From: an uncultured Methylomirabilota bacterium
GTDB lineage: Bacteria > Methylomirabilota > Methylomirabilia > Methylomirabilales > 2-02-FULL-66-22
Direction of reading: 5' to 3'
DNA: 64,000 nucleotides
NCBI GenBank assembly: GCA_963705305.1
Contig: OY970067.1
Span: 512,001 to 576,000 of the forward strand
The notes beneath the pieces were generated by a model, which saw only the letters and a program-made list of their open reading frames with translations, made no database searches and had not been told where the DNA came from. This document shows, one piece after another, positions 48,693-59,153 of this stretch. Position numbers and translations under genes: made by a program. Each line of letters starts with the position of its first letter. Positions within the stretch are counted from its first letter, which is position 1.

Positions 48693-50543
48693 ATGAGAGC
48701 GAAGTTTTTTTCCTCGCCCCCGTCCCAGGGATTGACGCAGCGAATCCGAAAGACCATCCTGCTGATCGGGATCGCCTGCCTCGTTCTCCTGCTGCGACTC
48801 TGGTACCTCCAGGTCCTGGAAGGCAATCTCTACCTGACCCTGTCCACCAACAACCGGCTGCGGGTCCGTGCGGTCGAGGCTCCCCGCGGATACATTCTGG
48901 ACCGTCATGGCGATATCCTGGTGGAGAATCGGCCGACCTTCGACCTGTACGCCACGCCCGAGGACGTCAAGAACCCGCGAGAGGTCGCCTCCATCTTGGC
49001 CGGCATCCTCCATACGGATGCGGAGAGCATCCTGGAGCGCCTGGCGGAGGGACAGGGACGGTCGTACCAGCCGCTGCTTCTCCGCAAAGACCTGGACGAG
49101 GCCATGATGGTGGCCGTGGAAGAGCGCCGCCTGGATCTGCCCGGGGTCAACCTCCGCATCCGGCCTGTGCGGGCCTATCCCGGGGGGGGCATGGCGGCCA
49201 ACCTCCTGGGGTACGTGAGCGAGGTGAATCAGAGCCAGCTGGAGCGCGAGGAGTTCCGGGATTTCCGCCCGGGGGACAACATGGGGCAGGCCGGGGTGGA
49301 GCGCCGCTACGACGCCTTCATCCGCGGCGTGGACGGCGGCGAGCAGATCGAGGTGGACGCGCGCGGACGCGCCGTCCAGCTAGTCAGCCGGACCGACCCC
49401 CGCTCGGGCTCCAACGTCTACCTGACGATCGACAAGCGGATCCAGGAGGCAGCCGAGGCGGCCTTCGCCGGGAAGAAGGGGGCCGTGGTGGTCATGAATC
49501 CGACCACGGGCGAGATCCTGGCGATGGTGAGCCGCCCCTCTTACGATCCCAACCTCTTCGCCCAGCACCTGACCGGCCAGGAATGGCAGGCCATCGCCGA
49601 CAATCCCAGCCACCCCCTGCAGAACCGGGTCTTCCAGGCGCAGTACCCTCCCGGATCCATCTTCAAGCTGGTCGTCACCGTGGCGGGTCTGGAGAGCGGG
49701 GCGCTGACGCCCGAGACCAAGTTCTACGACCCAGGGTATTTCTACCTGGGGAACCACCGCTTCGACGACTGGAAGAAGGGCGGCTTCGGCTGGCTGGACC
49801 TGCGGCAGGGCATCATCCACTCCGCCAATGTCTACTTCTATCAGGCCGGGCTCCGGGTGGGCATCGACGAGATCGTGCGCTGGTCCCGCCTGTTCGGCCT
49901 GGGGGAGCCGCCGGGGCTTGGCCTGGGGGACGAGGCGAAAGGACACCTTCCCAATCCGCAGCCCAGACGTCACGGTCAGCCCGGCTGGACCGCCGGGAAC
50001 ACGGTGATTTCCAGCATCGGCCAGGGGCCGGTGGTGACCTCGCCCATGCAGTTGCTCCTCATGGTCTCTGCCATCGCCAACGGGGGCACGATTTACCGAC
50101 CGTGGATCGTCAAGAAGATCACCTCGCTCTCGGGGGAGGTCCTGGACGAGTACGAGCCCCAGGTGGTCCGGCGCCTCCCCGTCCATCCGGAGACCCTGGC
50201 GTTCGTCCGTCAGGCCATGGTCGGCGTGGTGGACCAGGGGACGGCAATGCAGGCCAAGATTCCGGGGATCCCCATCGCGGGGAAGACCGGGACGGCCCAG
50301 GTGGTGAGGAAGAGCGATGCCAAGGGCCACCCCGAGCTCAAGGACCACGGCTGGTTCGCGTCGTTTGCGCCCGCCGACAACCCGCAGATCGCCATGGTGG
50401 TCCTGGTGGAAAATGGAGGGTTCGGCGGCCTGGTCGCCGCGCCGGTCGGCAAGGCGATCTACCAGGCCGCCTTCGGGATCGGCTCGCCCTCCCCCCGCAC
50501 GACGGGAGTCGCCCACGCCAAGGAGTCGGATATCCACGACTGA
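48693..50543 (+). CDS. mrdA: penicillin-binding protein 2
   Basis: APRG.I.DR, PGSIFK, SAN, AGKTGT. Confidence 0.97.
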   Translation: MRAKFFSSPPSQGLTQRIRKTILLIGIACLVLLLRLWYLQVLEGNLYLTLSTNNRLRVRAVEAPRGYILDRHGDILVENRPTFDLYATPEDVKNPREVASILAGILHTDAESILERLAEGQGRSYQPLLLRKDLDEAMMVAVEERRLDLPGVNLRIRPVRAYPGGGMAANLLGYVSEVNQSQLEREEFRDFRPGDNMGQAGVERRYDAFIRGVDGGEQIEVDARGRAVQLVSRTDPRSGSNVYLTIDKRIQEAAEAAFAGKKGAVVVMNPTTGEILAMVSRPSYDPNLFAQHLTGQEWQAIADNPSHPLQNRVFQAQYPPGSIFKLVVTVAGLESGALTPETKFYDPGYFYLGNHRFDDWKKGGFGWLDLRQGIIHSANVYFYQAGLRVGIDEIVRWSRLFGLGEPPGLGLGDEAKGHLPNPQPRRHGQPGWTAGNTVISSIGQGPVVTSPMQLLLMVSAIANGGTIYRPWIVKKITSLSGEVLDEYEPQVVRRLPVHPETLAFVRQAMVGVVDQGTAMQAKIPGIPIAGKTGTAQVVRKSDAKGHPELKDHGWFASFAPADNPQIAMVVLVENGGFGGLVAAPVGKAIYQAAFGIGSPSPRTTGVAHAKESDIHD

Positions 50544-50614
50544 GCGGCAGCCGGATGACCGGGCTCGGGAATGCGGGCCGCCCCGCGCGCGGGTCTCACG
50601 CCTGGAACTGCACG

Positions 50615-51712
50615 ATGTTCGATCGACGCCTCGTCACACACTTCGAGTGGCCCTTCGCAGCCTCCATTCTGGGGATGGCGATCCTCGGCATCCTCACCAT
50701 CTATAGCACCAACATCCTGGCCACCTCCGCCTTCCGCAAGACCCTGTACCTGCGGCAGCTCACCTGGGTGGGGGCTGGCACCCTGGTCCTCTTCTTGACC
50801 TGCACGGTCAGCTACCGGAGCCTGGCCCGCTTCGCGTACGTGATCTACGGGCTGAGCGTCGCCCTGCTGCTGGTGGTCTTCGTCATCGGCAAGACCGGGC
50901 TCGGGGCCCAACGCTGGCTCCACATCGGCGGCATCACCATCCAGCCCTCGGAATTCACCAAGCTGGCCCTGGTTCTTTTTCTCGCCAGGTACTTCGACGA
51001 TCACCGGGACGCCCTCCACCACCCCCGAACGATGCTCGTCCCGGCCGGGGTCACGCTGGGAACCGCCGTCCTGGTGTTGAAACAGCCCGACTTGGGAACC
51101 GCCCTCCTTCTGGTCTTCATCGGGCTGGCCACCATGCTGCTCCTCGGTCTCAACTGGCGCTACCTCGTCCCTCCCATCCTGGGCGGGGGTCTGCTGACCC
51201 CCATCCTTTGGACGTTTCTCAAGGATTACCAGCGGCGGCGCATCCTGGTCTTCTTCAATCCCGACCTCGACCCCCTGGGCGCCAGCTACCACATCGCGCA
51301 GTCCAAGATCGCCGTGGGCTCCGGTGGCCTGCTGGGGAAGGGCTGGCTGGGGGCCACGCAGAGCCAACTGAATTTTCTTCCCCTCAACCACACCGACTTC
51401 ATCTTCGCCGTCCTCGCCGAGCAGTGGGGCTTCGTCGGGTGCCTGGTCATCCTGCTGGCCTACTTCTACCTCATCTCGAAGGGCCTCCAGATCGCCCAGG
51501 AGTGCACCGACCTCTTCGCCACCCTGCTGGCGGCCGGGATCTCCACCATGCTCGCCCTGCAGGTCCTCATCAACATCGCCATGGTGGTGGGCCTGCTGCC
51601 CGTCGTCGGGATCCCGCTGCCGCTCTTGAGCTACGGCGGCTCCTCCTTCCTCGTCACCATGCTGAGCTTGGGGCTGCTGCTCAACATTCGCATGCGGCGG
51701 TTCATGTACTAG
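50615..51712 (+). CDS. rodA: SEDS glycosyltransferase RodA
   Basis: GAQRW, QPSEF.K, QPDLGT, HTDFIF, SYGGSS. Confidence 0.97.
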   Translation: MFDRRLVTHFEWPFAASILGMAILGILTIYSTNILATSAFRKTLYLRQLTWVGAGTLVLFLTCTVSYRSLARFAYVIYGLSVALLLVVFVIGKTGLGAQRWLHIGGITIQPSEFTKLALVLFLARYFDDHRDALHHPRTMLVPAGVTLGTAVLVLKQPDLGTALLLVFIGLATMLLLGLNWRYLVPPILGGGLLTPILWTFLKDYQRRRILVFFNPDLDPLGASYHIAQSKIAVGSGGLLGKGWLGATQSQLNFLPLNHTDFIFAVLAEQWGFVGCLVILLAYFYLISKGLQIAQECTDLFATLLAAGISTMLALQVLINIAMVVGLLPVVGIPLPLLSYGGSSFLVTMLSLGLLLNIRMRRFMY

Positions 51713-51727
51713 CCCCATTCCGGAATT

Positions 51728-52100
51728 ATCCCACCGCCAAGGCGCCAAGACCGCAGGGTCAAATAGGGCCCGGGGCCTCGGACCGGATTCCATCATCGCA
51801 CTTCAAAGGCCCTTCGGCCGGCGAATACCCACGCCCGCCTTGGCGATCTCGGCGTGGGATCAGAGGGGGATTTCCTCACGCAAAGCATGCGAGGGGCGCG
51901 AAGGAGAGCCGGGGCGAAGGGGAGACGGAACAATTCGAATTTCGAAGTTCGAAATTGAAGTGCTTGTCTTGGCGAGCTTTGCGTGAGATCAGGCCCGGAT
52001 TCTTCCTCACGCCAAGACGCAAAGGGCGCAAAGGGGAGCAAGGGGAAGGGGGGGAAGGGAGAACCGGGAATTTCGAATTTGAGAAGTCTTGGCGTGAGAT
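51728..52100. repeat. cluster of three REP-like inverted-repeat units between convergent genes
   Basis: Pairs CTCACGCAAAGC/GCTTTGCGTGAG (51875/51976) and CTCACGCCAAGAC/GTCTTGGCGTGAG (52006/52086), plus an imperfect pair at 51728/51838. Confidence 0.7.
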
Positions 52101-52876
52101 CAGATCCGCCCTTGCAACTCGGCAAAATGGCCGATCGTCAGGTCCGGCCGCACCTCACCCGGGACGGCCCCGGGCGGGGCCAGCCAGATCGTTCGCATCC
52201 CGACGCTCTGCGCCCCCTGGATATCCGAGATGGGGCTGTCGCCGATCATGGCCGCCTGCTCCGGCAGCACGTGCATTCGGTCCAGCGCCACCCGGAAGAT
52301 ATGGGGCCGGGGCTTGCCGATCACCTCGGGCCGAACACCGGCTGCGGCTGCGACCGCCGCCACGATTGCCCCGCAGCCCGGATAGAACTCGCCCCCCTCG
52401 ACCGGAAGCCGGGGATCCTGATTGACCGCCAGGAAGGCGGCCCCCGCCGCCACGGCGCGCGCGAGGCCGATGAGCTTGCGGTAATCGAAGTCGAAGTCGT
52501 GGCCCACGACCGCCACCCCGGCCTCCCGGGGGGTCTCCAGCGGCACCAGCTCGTGTCCGCCCTCCGTCAGCAGCCTGCGCAGGGTCACGGATCCGACCGC
52601 CAGAATCCGCGAGGCTCCGAACCGATCACGGACATAGGGGGCCACGATCTCCGCCGCAGAGAGGATCTCTTCGGTCCCGGTTTGGATGCCCAGCGAGTGC
52701 AGCTTGGCCTGCAGTTCCGCTCCCGCCTCCCGCGAGTTGTTGGTGAGGAAGAGGATGCGCCGTCCGCCCTGCCGCAACTCGCGCAGGAACTCCCGGATGC
52801 CGGGAACCAGGGTGTTCCCGGTATAGACACAGCCGTCTAGGTCAAAGACAAAGGCTCGGAGCGACGTCAGATCCAT
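52100..52876 (-). CDS. HAD-IIA (NagD-like) hydrolase
   Basis: FDLDG, LTNNS, GKP, MIGD...DI. Confidence 0.93.
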   Translation of the reverse strand: MDLTSLRAFVFDLDGCVYTGNTLVPGIREFLRELRQGGRRILFLTNNSREAGAELQAKLHSLGIQTGTEEILSAAEIVAPYVRDRFGASRILAVGSVTLRRLLTEGGHELVPLETPREAGVAVVGHDFDFDYRKLIGLARAVAAGAAFLAVNQDPRLPVEGGEFYPGCGAIVAAVAAAAGVRPEVIGKPRPHIFRVALDRMHVLPEQAAMIGDSPISDIQGAQSVGMRTIWLAPPGAVPGEVRPDLTIGHFAELQGRI

Positions 52877-53026
52877 GCGTCCTCGCGCCTCCGGATGGTG
52901 GGTTCTCGACGGACCGCTCGGCGCCTCTCCCCCTGCCCGCCAGGACATGCCGCGGCACGCATCCGCATGCGCCGCTGCAGCGGCGACGGCAAGGGAAGGC
53001 GCGCCTGATGGTGCGGCTGGAATCGG

Positions 53027-53800
53027 TTACAGGCTGTATCCGCCGTCCACGACCAGATTGCAGCCGGTGGTGAAGCTGGACGCGTCGGAGGCCAGATACA
53101 CCACGGCGCCCCCCAGGTCCTCATAGGCCTGCCCGTACCGCTTGATCACCCCCTGGTCCACCCGGATGGCCCGGATGGCCGGATTATCGGAGCGCGCGGC
53201 GTTTCCGGGGGTCCGGAAGTACCCCGGGCTGATGCTGTTCACGTAGATGCGGTGCCGGGCCCACTCTACCGCCAGGGTTTTGGTCAGCATCACCACTCCC
53301 GCCTTGGCGGCATTGTAATGGCAGTAGTCGGCGTCGCGGTTCACGTGGAACGCGGACATGGAGGCGATGTTGATGATCTTCCCCCCGCTTTGCTGGATCA
53401 TCCGCGGCGCCACCACCTTGCAGCAGACGAACACTCCTTTGAGATCCACCGCCAGCATCCGCTCCCAGTCCTGGATACCCATCTCCAGCGCCGAGAGGGG
53501 CTGGGCGTACCCGGCATTGTTGACGAGGATGTCGAGCCGGCCCGCGTCCGTCATCACGCTGGACACCATGCTCTCCACCGACTCCGGATCGGTGACGTCC
53601 GCCTTGAACGGCAAGGCCTTTCGCCCCCGCTTCCGCACCTCCTCGGCCGTCTCCTCCGCTGCCGGAAGGTCAAGCTCTGCAATGGCGATGTCCGCCCCTG
53701 CTTCTGCCAGAGCCAGGGCCATGCCCTGCCCCAGTCCCCTGCCGGCGCCGGTCACCAGCGCCATTCTTCCCGCCAGCGAAAATCGATCCAGGATACCCAT
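53027..53800 (-). CDS. SDR oxidoreductase (KduD/sugar-alcohol dehydrogenase-like)
   Basis: TGAGRGLG, NNAG, YNAAK. Confidence 0.93.
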   Translation of the reverse strand: MGILDRFSLAGRMALVTGAGRGLGQGMALALAEAGADIAIAELDLPAAEETAEEVRKRGRKALPFKADVTDPESVESMVSSVMTDAGRLDILVNNAGYAQPLSALEMGIQDWERMLAVDLKGVFVCCKVVAPRMIQQSGGKIINIASMSAFHVNRDADYCHYNAAKAGVVMLTKTLAVEWARHRIYVNSISPGYFRTPGNAARSDNPAIRAIRVDQGVIKRYGQAYEDLGGAVVYLASDASSFTTGCNLVVDGGYSL

Positions 53801-53940
53801 CGGGCTTCCTCCCTCAGCAGGCGTGCTGCCGGTTGGACAAGTGAATCCGAAGGACCGAGAAAACTCCTTGTGCAGCGGCTATTCCGGACATAATATACAG
53901 CGTTTCCTGCGTGAACGTCTGTGAACCAGGGAGATCAGCC

Positions 53941-54378
53941 ATGGCCAGGGCCACCATCCTCATCGTCGATGACGACCCGGGTGTCTGCCGGCCGCTGGCC
54001 GAAGCGTTCCGCCTGGCGGGGTTCGCCGTTCTCCAGGCTGCCGACGCGGTTCAGGGCCTCCAGATTGCGAGCGAGCATCGCCCCGATCTGATCTTCATGG
54101 ACATCCAGCTTCCGGACCTGGACGGCATCTCGGTGGTAGAGACCCTGAAGAGCGATCCGACCGTCCGGCACATCCCCGTGGTGGCCATGACCGGCTACGA
54201 CATCATGGGTGAGCAGGCCCGATCCATGGGGCGCAACTGTGCGGCCTACGTCCAGAAGCCGCTTCGCCCCCGCGACCTCATCAACCTGGCCACGGCCCTC
54301 CTCAAGCTCCCGGCCGAGCCACCGGACCACACCCCCCGCCGGACGGAGCCGCATTCGGACCCCCCCGTCTCGCATTGA
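53941..54378 (+). CDS. single-domain response regulator (DivK-like)
   Basis: ILIVDDD, PDLIFMDIQLP, IPVVAMT, KP. Confidence 0.9.
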   Translation: MARATILIVDDDPGVCRPLAEAFRLAGFAVLQAADAVQGLQIASEHRPDLIFMDIQLPDLDGISVVETLKSDPTVRHIPVVAMTGYDIMGEQARSMGRNCAAYVQKPLRPRDLINLATALLKLPAEPPDHTPRRTEPHSDPPVSH

Positions 54379-54434
54379 CGGCGAGGCGGACAGAAGGGGA
54401 CGCCTGCCGGCTCGACCGGATCGACGGACACCTC

Positions 54435-55601
54435 TCACCTTCGGAGATCGACCCGCCGGCCTTCCGCAGCGGAGACGTAGCCGGCGTAGATCACCTCGAC
54501 CGTCTCCCGGGCCAGGAGGAGGCCCGACAGCGGCTCCCGGTCCTCGCGGACGGCGTTCACGAAATCCTCCATCTCCTGCGGGTACCCTCGCATCCAGTCC
54601 TCGTCGGGACTGGGGAATTGCCATCCTTCCTTGGTCTCCACTTTCTCGGTGAGGTACTCGTCTCCCCAGATCCCTCCGTCCGGCGCATAGACCTGGAGGC
54701 TCGTGTTCGGATTGATGCTCACCTGGACGACGGCATTTGTGAGGTAGGCGGTGACCAAGTTCTTCACGCCTCCCAGGCTCACGTCGGTCGAGAAGACCGT
54801 CGCCTTGGTCCCGTCCTCGAAGGTCAGGATGGCTGCCGACCAGTCCTCGACATCCTCCCAGGCGGCGACCACCCACTGCTTTGGCGCCGCCTGTACCGCC
54901 GGCAGCTTCGTCAGTTGGGCCGTATCGGCCAGGACCGATTTCACCCGGATAGGCTTCCCCGTTCTTTTCATCCCCTCATAGTGTTTGAGATGAATGACCG
55001 CCCCGATGGGATGCGACCCCATGCGCAGCATGGAGCCGCCGCCCGCCGTGGCCCAGCGCCGGGAGTAGGCGGCATGCGAGCCGGAATGGCTCTCCTCGGC
55101 CCGCAGGTCGAGAAGCGTCCCCCCGCTGGCATCCATCAACCGCCGCAGCTTCGCCACCGGAGGGGCATACACGAAGTTCTCGGCATACCCCAGGCGGACG
55201 TTGTTCCGCCGGCAGGCCTCCGCCACGCTGTCGGCGTGCTTCATGGCCTCGGCGAACATGACCGGCCGGGACATAGCCCGGGCCTCGGCGAAGCAGCCGG
55301 TGAGCGGCTTCTCCACGATAATGTGCTTGCCGGCATCGGCCGCATCGACGGCCAGCACGTGGTGGAGGCTGGTCACCACGGGCAGGGTAACCAGCTGGAT
55401 GTCCTTCCGCTCCAGCAAAAACCGGTGATCCGTGTACGCGTGCGGCACATTGAACTTCTTGGCAAAGGCCTCCGCGCTCTCCCTGGTCTTGGAGCAGACG
55501 GCGACGATCTCGCAGCTGCTCCCACGCAGCCTGCTCAGCGCGTGCGCGTGCAGGTCGGCCGCAAAGCGCGAACCGATGAAGCCGATGCCGATCTTGTCCA
55601 T
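54435..55601 (-). CDS. Gfo/Idh/MocA oxidoreductase
   Basis: IGFIGS.F, GKHIIVEKP, GGGS. Confidence 0.92.
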   Translation of the reverse strand: MDKIGIGFIGSRFAADLHAHALSRLRGSSCEIVAVCSKTRESAEAFAKKFNVPHAYTDHRFLLERKDIQLVTLPVVTSLHHVLAVDAADAGKHIIVEKPLTGCFAEARAMSRPVMFAEAMKHADSVAEACRRNNVRLGYAENFVYAPPVAKLRRLMDASGGTLLDLRAEESHSGSHAAYSRRWATAGGGSMLRMGSHPIGAVIHLKHYEGMKRTGKPIRVKSVLADTAQLTKLPAVQAAPKQWVVAAWEDVEDWSAAILTFEDGTKATVFSTDVSLGGVKNLVTAYLTNAVVQVSINPNTSLQVYAPDGGIWGDEYLTEKVETKEGWQFPSPDEDWMRGYPQEMEDFVNAVREDREPLSGLLLARETVEVIYAGYVSAAEGRRVDLRR

Positions 55602-55670
55602 GATCGCCTCTCCGGAGCAATCCGCTTTCCGTCGCCGCTGCCCGGCTTCTGCCGCCGGGGCCCCGGCCCG

Positions 55671-55753
55671 CTACAGCTTGAACACCGTCGGCAGGTACAG
55701 GATCAGCCAGGGCCAGAAAGCAATGACGATCAGGTCGATTGGAACAGGAGCAT
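55671..55753 (-). pseudogene. TRAP dctQ/dctM deletion remnant
   Basis: RBS + ATG CTC CTG TTC joined out of frame to IDLIVIAFWPWLILYLPTVFKL*, a DctM-type C-terminus. Confidence 0.7.
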
Positions 55754-55825
55754 GGCGAGGTCCTCCCTACAGAAAGAAAAAGGGAAGCGGTGCCGCGCCC
55801 GACACCGCTTCCCTTCCGAGCGCCT

Positions 55826-56836
55826 CTACTTGGCCTTGACCGCTGCCTGAACCTCGCTCAGCAGCTCCTTGCCGAAGGGGTACTTCTTGATGAACGTCTC
55901 GTACACCGGCTGGATCCGCTTCTCGAACGCCGGCTTGTCCACGTCCGTGATCACGGTTACCCCTTTCTCCTTCAACAGACCGATGGCCTTGTTCTCCAAG
56001 GACACGTACTCCTTCCGGAAGTACTGCTCTGCGTCCTGGCCGGCCGCGGCAATCCCGCCCTGGACGTCCTTGGGCAGGCCGTCCCACCACTTCTTGTTGG
56101 CCACGAAGGTGCTCACCGACCAGAACTGCTCGGTCAAGGAGTACACTTTGGAGACCTCCCACTGCTTGGAGGTCCAGTAGAGAACCGGGGAGTTCTCGGC
56201 GCCGTCGAGGACGTGCTGCTGCAGGGCCAGGTACACCTCGCCGAAAGCCAGGGGGGTGCCGATCCCGCCCATCTCGTTCATGGCCTGGATCTGGATGTCG
56301 CTGGGCTGCACCCGGATCTTCAAGCCCTTCAGGTCTTGGGGCTCGCGCACCGGCTTGTTGGTGAAGATGCTCCGGCCGCCGTCGTCCACCCAGAACACGC
56401 CCACCAGCCCGTGCTCGGGAAAAATTTCGTTGACGAACTTCTTCCCCACCTTGCTGCGGATAACCCGCCAGAGATCGTCCCGGCTGTTGAACAGGTAGGG
56501 CAGATCCCAGACCTTCTCCTCCGAAATCCATTCGCCGGCGAAAGAGGCGGGAATCTTGGCCATCTCGATGCTGCCGGTCTGGACCCCCAGGAACAGGTCC
56601 TTGGTCTGCCCCAGCTGGGCGCTGTCGAACACCTGGAACTCCACCCGACCCTTGGTCCGCTCCTTCACCCGCTCCGCGAAGAACCGCATGGTCATGGAAT
56701 GGGGATGATCCGGCGACAGGATGTCCGCGATCTTGGCGATGATCTTCTTGTCCTGAGCCGCCGCACTCCCCGCTGCGCAGGCGAAGGCCGCGAGGACCGC
56801 GATGGCCACCACCATGAACCGCCAGCATCTTTTCAT
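55826..56836 (-). CDS. dctP: TRAP substrate-binding protein DctP
   Basis: Signal peptide, DLKGLKIRV, F.EVY.ALQ..V.DG.EN; hairpin at 55780-55815 downstream. Confidence 0.95.
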   Translation of the reverse strand: MKRCWRFMVVAIAVLAAFACAAGSAAAQDKKIIAKIADILSPDHPHSMTMRFFAERVKERTKGRVEFQVFDSAQLGQTKDLFLGVQTGSIEMAKIPASFAGEWISEEKVWDLPYLFNSRDDLWRVIRSKVGKKFVNEIFPEHGLVGVFWVDDGGRSIFTNKPVREPQDLKGLKIRVQPSDIQIQAMNEMGGIGTPLAFGEVYLALQQHVLDGAENSPVLYWTSKQWEVSKVYSLTEQFWSVSTFVANKKWWDGLPKDVQGGIAAAGQDAEQYFRKEYVSLENKAIGLLKEKGVTVITDVDKPAFEKRIQPVYETFIKKYPFGKELLSEVQAAVKAK

Positions 56837-57084
56837 CGAAGAACCTCCCATAGTAAATACTGCGATTTATCGCGCGCCGCTCCGCGACCGCGACGCCCGT
56901 CCCCAGACGCAGCCTATGTTGGTGGGCATTCTAGTCCTTCCAATTACCCGGAGCAGGGCCGGGGGTCAAGAGGAAGGGCCTGAACGTCTGTTTCCTCGAA
57001 CATGCCGCCGGAGGGTGTCGGGGCAGTTCACTGCCTCCGTCGACTGGACCCTCTCGCCCCCCCATCCCTTTTCCCATCGACACA

Positions 57085-57891
57085 TCAGGCCGGAATGAAC
57101 CGGAGCGCCGGAACCGCCGGCAGCGCGCCGGCATCGGCCAGCATCTTCAGGAACGTGCGCAGGCCGTCCAGGTGGCGCAGGCTCAGATCGAACGAGAGCC
57201 GCTCGGTCAGATACCGGCGGCAGGCCTCAGGCGAGAGGCCGGTCCGTGCCCGCGCCAGGTCCAGCATCGTCTCCGGGTGCTCGCGCGTATAGGCCTTGGC
57301 CAGCAGCAGGGCGCGATGCAGCGCCCGGACTTCCGCCTCCGCCCTAGCCCAGGCCTCCGCCCGGACGGCCCACACGGCGAAGACGAAGGGAAGCCCCGTG
57401 AGGTCCCGCCACGCCTGCCCCAGGTCCAGGCAGTGGGCTGCCTGCGGCCGGCGGCGCAAGGCCTCGTCGCCGATCACTAGGTGGGCCGGCGCATCGTCGC
57501 CCGGTAGGTCGGGGACAAACCGGGGCCGGAGGTGGTAGACCTTCTCCAAGAGCAGCCTCACCAGGTACACGGAGGTCAAGGAGTGGCGGCTGAGGGCCAC
57601 CGGAGCGTCCCCGAGCTCCTCCAGCGGGCAGCGGCTCAAGAGCAGCACGCTCTCCACCGGCCCGTCGCACGCGATGGCAAGGTCAGGAAGCAGCCGGTAG
57701 GCGTCCGGGCGGAGGGCCGCCTCCATAACCGAGATGACCGAGATATCCAGCGCTCCGCTGCGCAGCTGCTCGTTCAACTCGGCTGGCGTTCCATCGCGGA
57801 TCTCGCAGTCGGCGGCGACCACGCCGCGCTCCAGGGCGTAGTAGACCGGCTCGCAGTTGATGTATCGGACCCGTCCGAGCTTCAGTGGCAT
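57085..57891 (-). CDS. mqnA: chorismate dehydratase MqnA
   Basis: LGRV.YINC.P, P..LN, V.SV.L, IGD.AL, DLG..W...TGLPFVFAVW. Confidence 0.92.
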   Translation of the reverse strand: MPLKLGRVRYINCEPVYYALERGVVAADCEIRDGTPAELNEQLRSGALDISVISVMEAALRPDAYRLLPDLAIACDGPVESVLLLSRCPLEELGDAPVALSRHSLTSVYLVRLLLEKVYHLRPRFVPDLPGDDAPAHLVIGDEALRRRPQAAHCLDLGQAWRDLTGLPFVFAVWAVRAEAWARAEAEVRALHRALLLAKAYTREHPETMLDLARARTGLSPEACRRYLTERLSFDLSLRHLDGLRTFLKMLADAGALPAVPALRFIPA

Positions 57892-59153
57892 GCCCGGCCC
57901 TCCAGCCGGCGGTGCCGGACTTCCCCGTCGATCAGGATGAGCAGCACATTGTCTCCCCGCGTCGTCTCGAGCAGCGACCTCTCCGGGTCCGCAGCGGTCA
58001 CGCCGGCCGCGGATACGGCGACCAAGTCGGCCCGCTTCCCAGGCTCCAGACTTCCGACCTGGGCTCCCAGTCCCAGCGCGCGGGCTCCCCTCAGCGTTCC
58101 CAGGGACAGGATGTCGGCCGCCGTCAGGCTCCCGGCATGCAGCGCCAGCGCAGCGCGCATCTCGTCCCAGAGATCCAGGCTGGGGGCGCTGGCCAGCGAG
58201 TCCGTCCCCAATCCGACCGGCAGACCGCGGGCCAGGCAGGCGGGCACCGGCGCCGTCGCCCCGGAAAGGCGGAGGTTGCTCCGGGGGCAATGAGCCACGC
58301 TGACGCCTCGGCGGACCATCAGCAGGATGTCCTCCGCATCCACGTGCACCGCGTGCACCAGGAGCGGGCGCCATGCCAGCGCCCCCACCATCTCGAGATA
58401 GGCCGCCGGGCTCCTGGCCCGCCTCCTCGGCGGCGGGTCCGGACAGCCCACCGCCGGATACAGGCGTCCGGGAATCGCCCCGCCTCCCGTGGCCAGGAAC
58501 TCCACCTCCTCCGGCGACTCGGCGGCGTGGATGCACACGGGCATGCCGGTCTGGAGAAGCAGGCTGTCGCAGCCGCGAAACAGCAGCTCGCTGAGCCCGT
58601 ACGGGCTGTGGGGCGAGAGGCCGATCCGCAGGCGCCCTTCGGCCGCCTGCGCCTGCATGGCCCGGAGGTCTTCCTGCGCCGCCCGGAGCCGATGCTCCGC
58701 CGCGTCCGGATGGAGCCCCAGGATCTCCCGGTACACGACGCCGCGGAGACCGAGGCGTCGGAGGGCCGGGATGCTCTGGCCCGCCGTGCTCACATCGCCC
58801 ACGCTGGTCGTCCCGCAGGCGAGCAGCGCCCCGGCGCCGCTCCCGGCGATCGCCTCCCGAGCCTCCGGAGTGATCTCGCGCCGGCCCTCCACCAGCGCCA
58901 CGACCCAGGGGACGAAACCCGCCTCCCCCACCGGACGCGGGAGGCTCGCCAGCTCCAGGTGGGTGTGGCAATTCACCAGCCCGGGCAGGAGGGCGGCCTC
59001 CCCCAGATCCCAGCACTCCGCCTCCGGCCGGGCCGCCGTCACCGCACGGGCGGGGCCGACCTCGACGATCGCCCCCGCCTCGACGGCCACCGCCCCGCTC
59101 GGAATGGGGGGAGACGCGACCGGAAACACCCAGCGGGCCGTCAGGATGCGCAT
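57882..59153 (-). CDS. amidohydrolase (probable aminodeoxyfutalosine/5'-deoxyadenosine deaminase)
   Basis: PGLVNCHTHLE, SPHSPY, HAAES, CPRSN, GTDS; adjacent to mqnA. Confidence 0.85.
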   Translation of the reverse strand: MRILTARWVFPVASPPIPSGAVAVEAGAIVEVGPARAVTAARPEAECWDLGEAALLPGLVNCHTHLELASLPRPVGEAGFVPWVVALVEGRREITPEAREAIAGSGAGALLACGTTSVGDVSTAGQSIPALRRLGLRGVVYREILGLHPDAAEHRLRAAQEDLRAMQAQAAEGRLRIGLSPHSPYGLSELLFRGCDSLLLQTGMPVCIHAAESPEEVEFLATGGGAIPGRLYPAVGCPDPPPRRRARSPAAYLEMVGALAWRPLLVHAVHVDAEDILLMVRRGVSVAHCPRSNLRLSGATAPVPACLARGLPVGLGTDSLASAPSLDLWDEMRAALALHAGSLTAADILSLGTLRGARALGLGAQVGSLEPGKRADLVAVSAAGVTAADPERSLLETTRGDNVLLILIDGEVRHRRLEGRACH

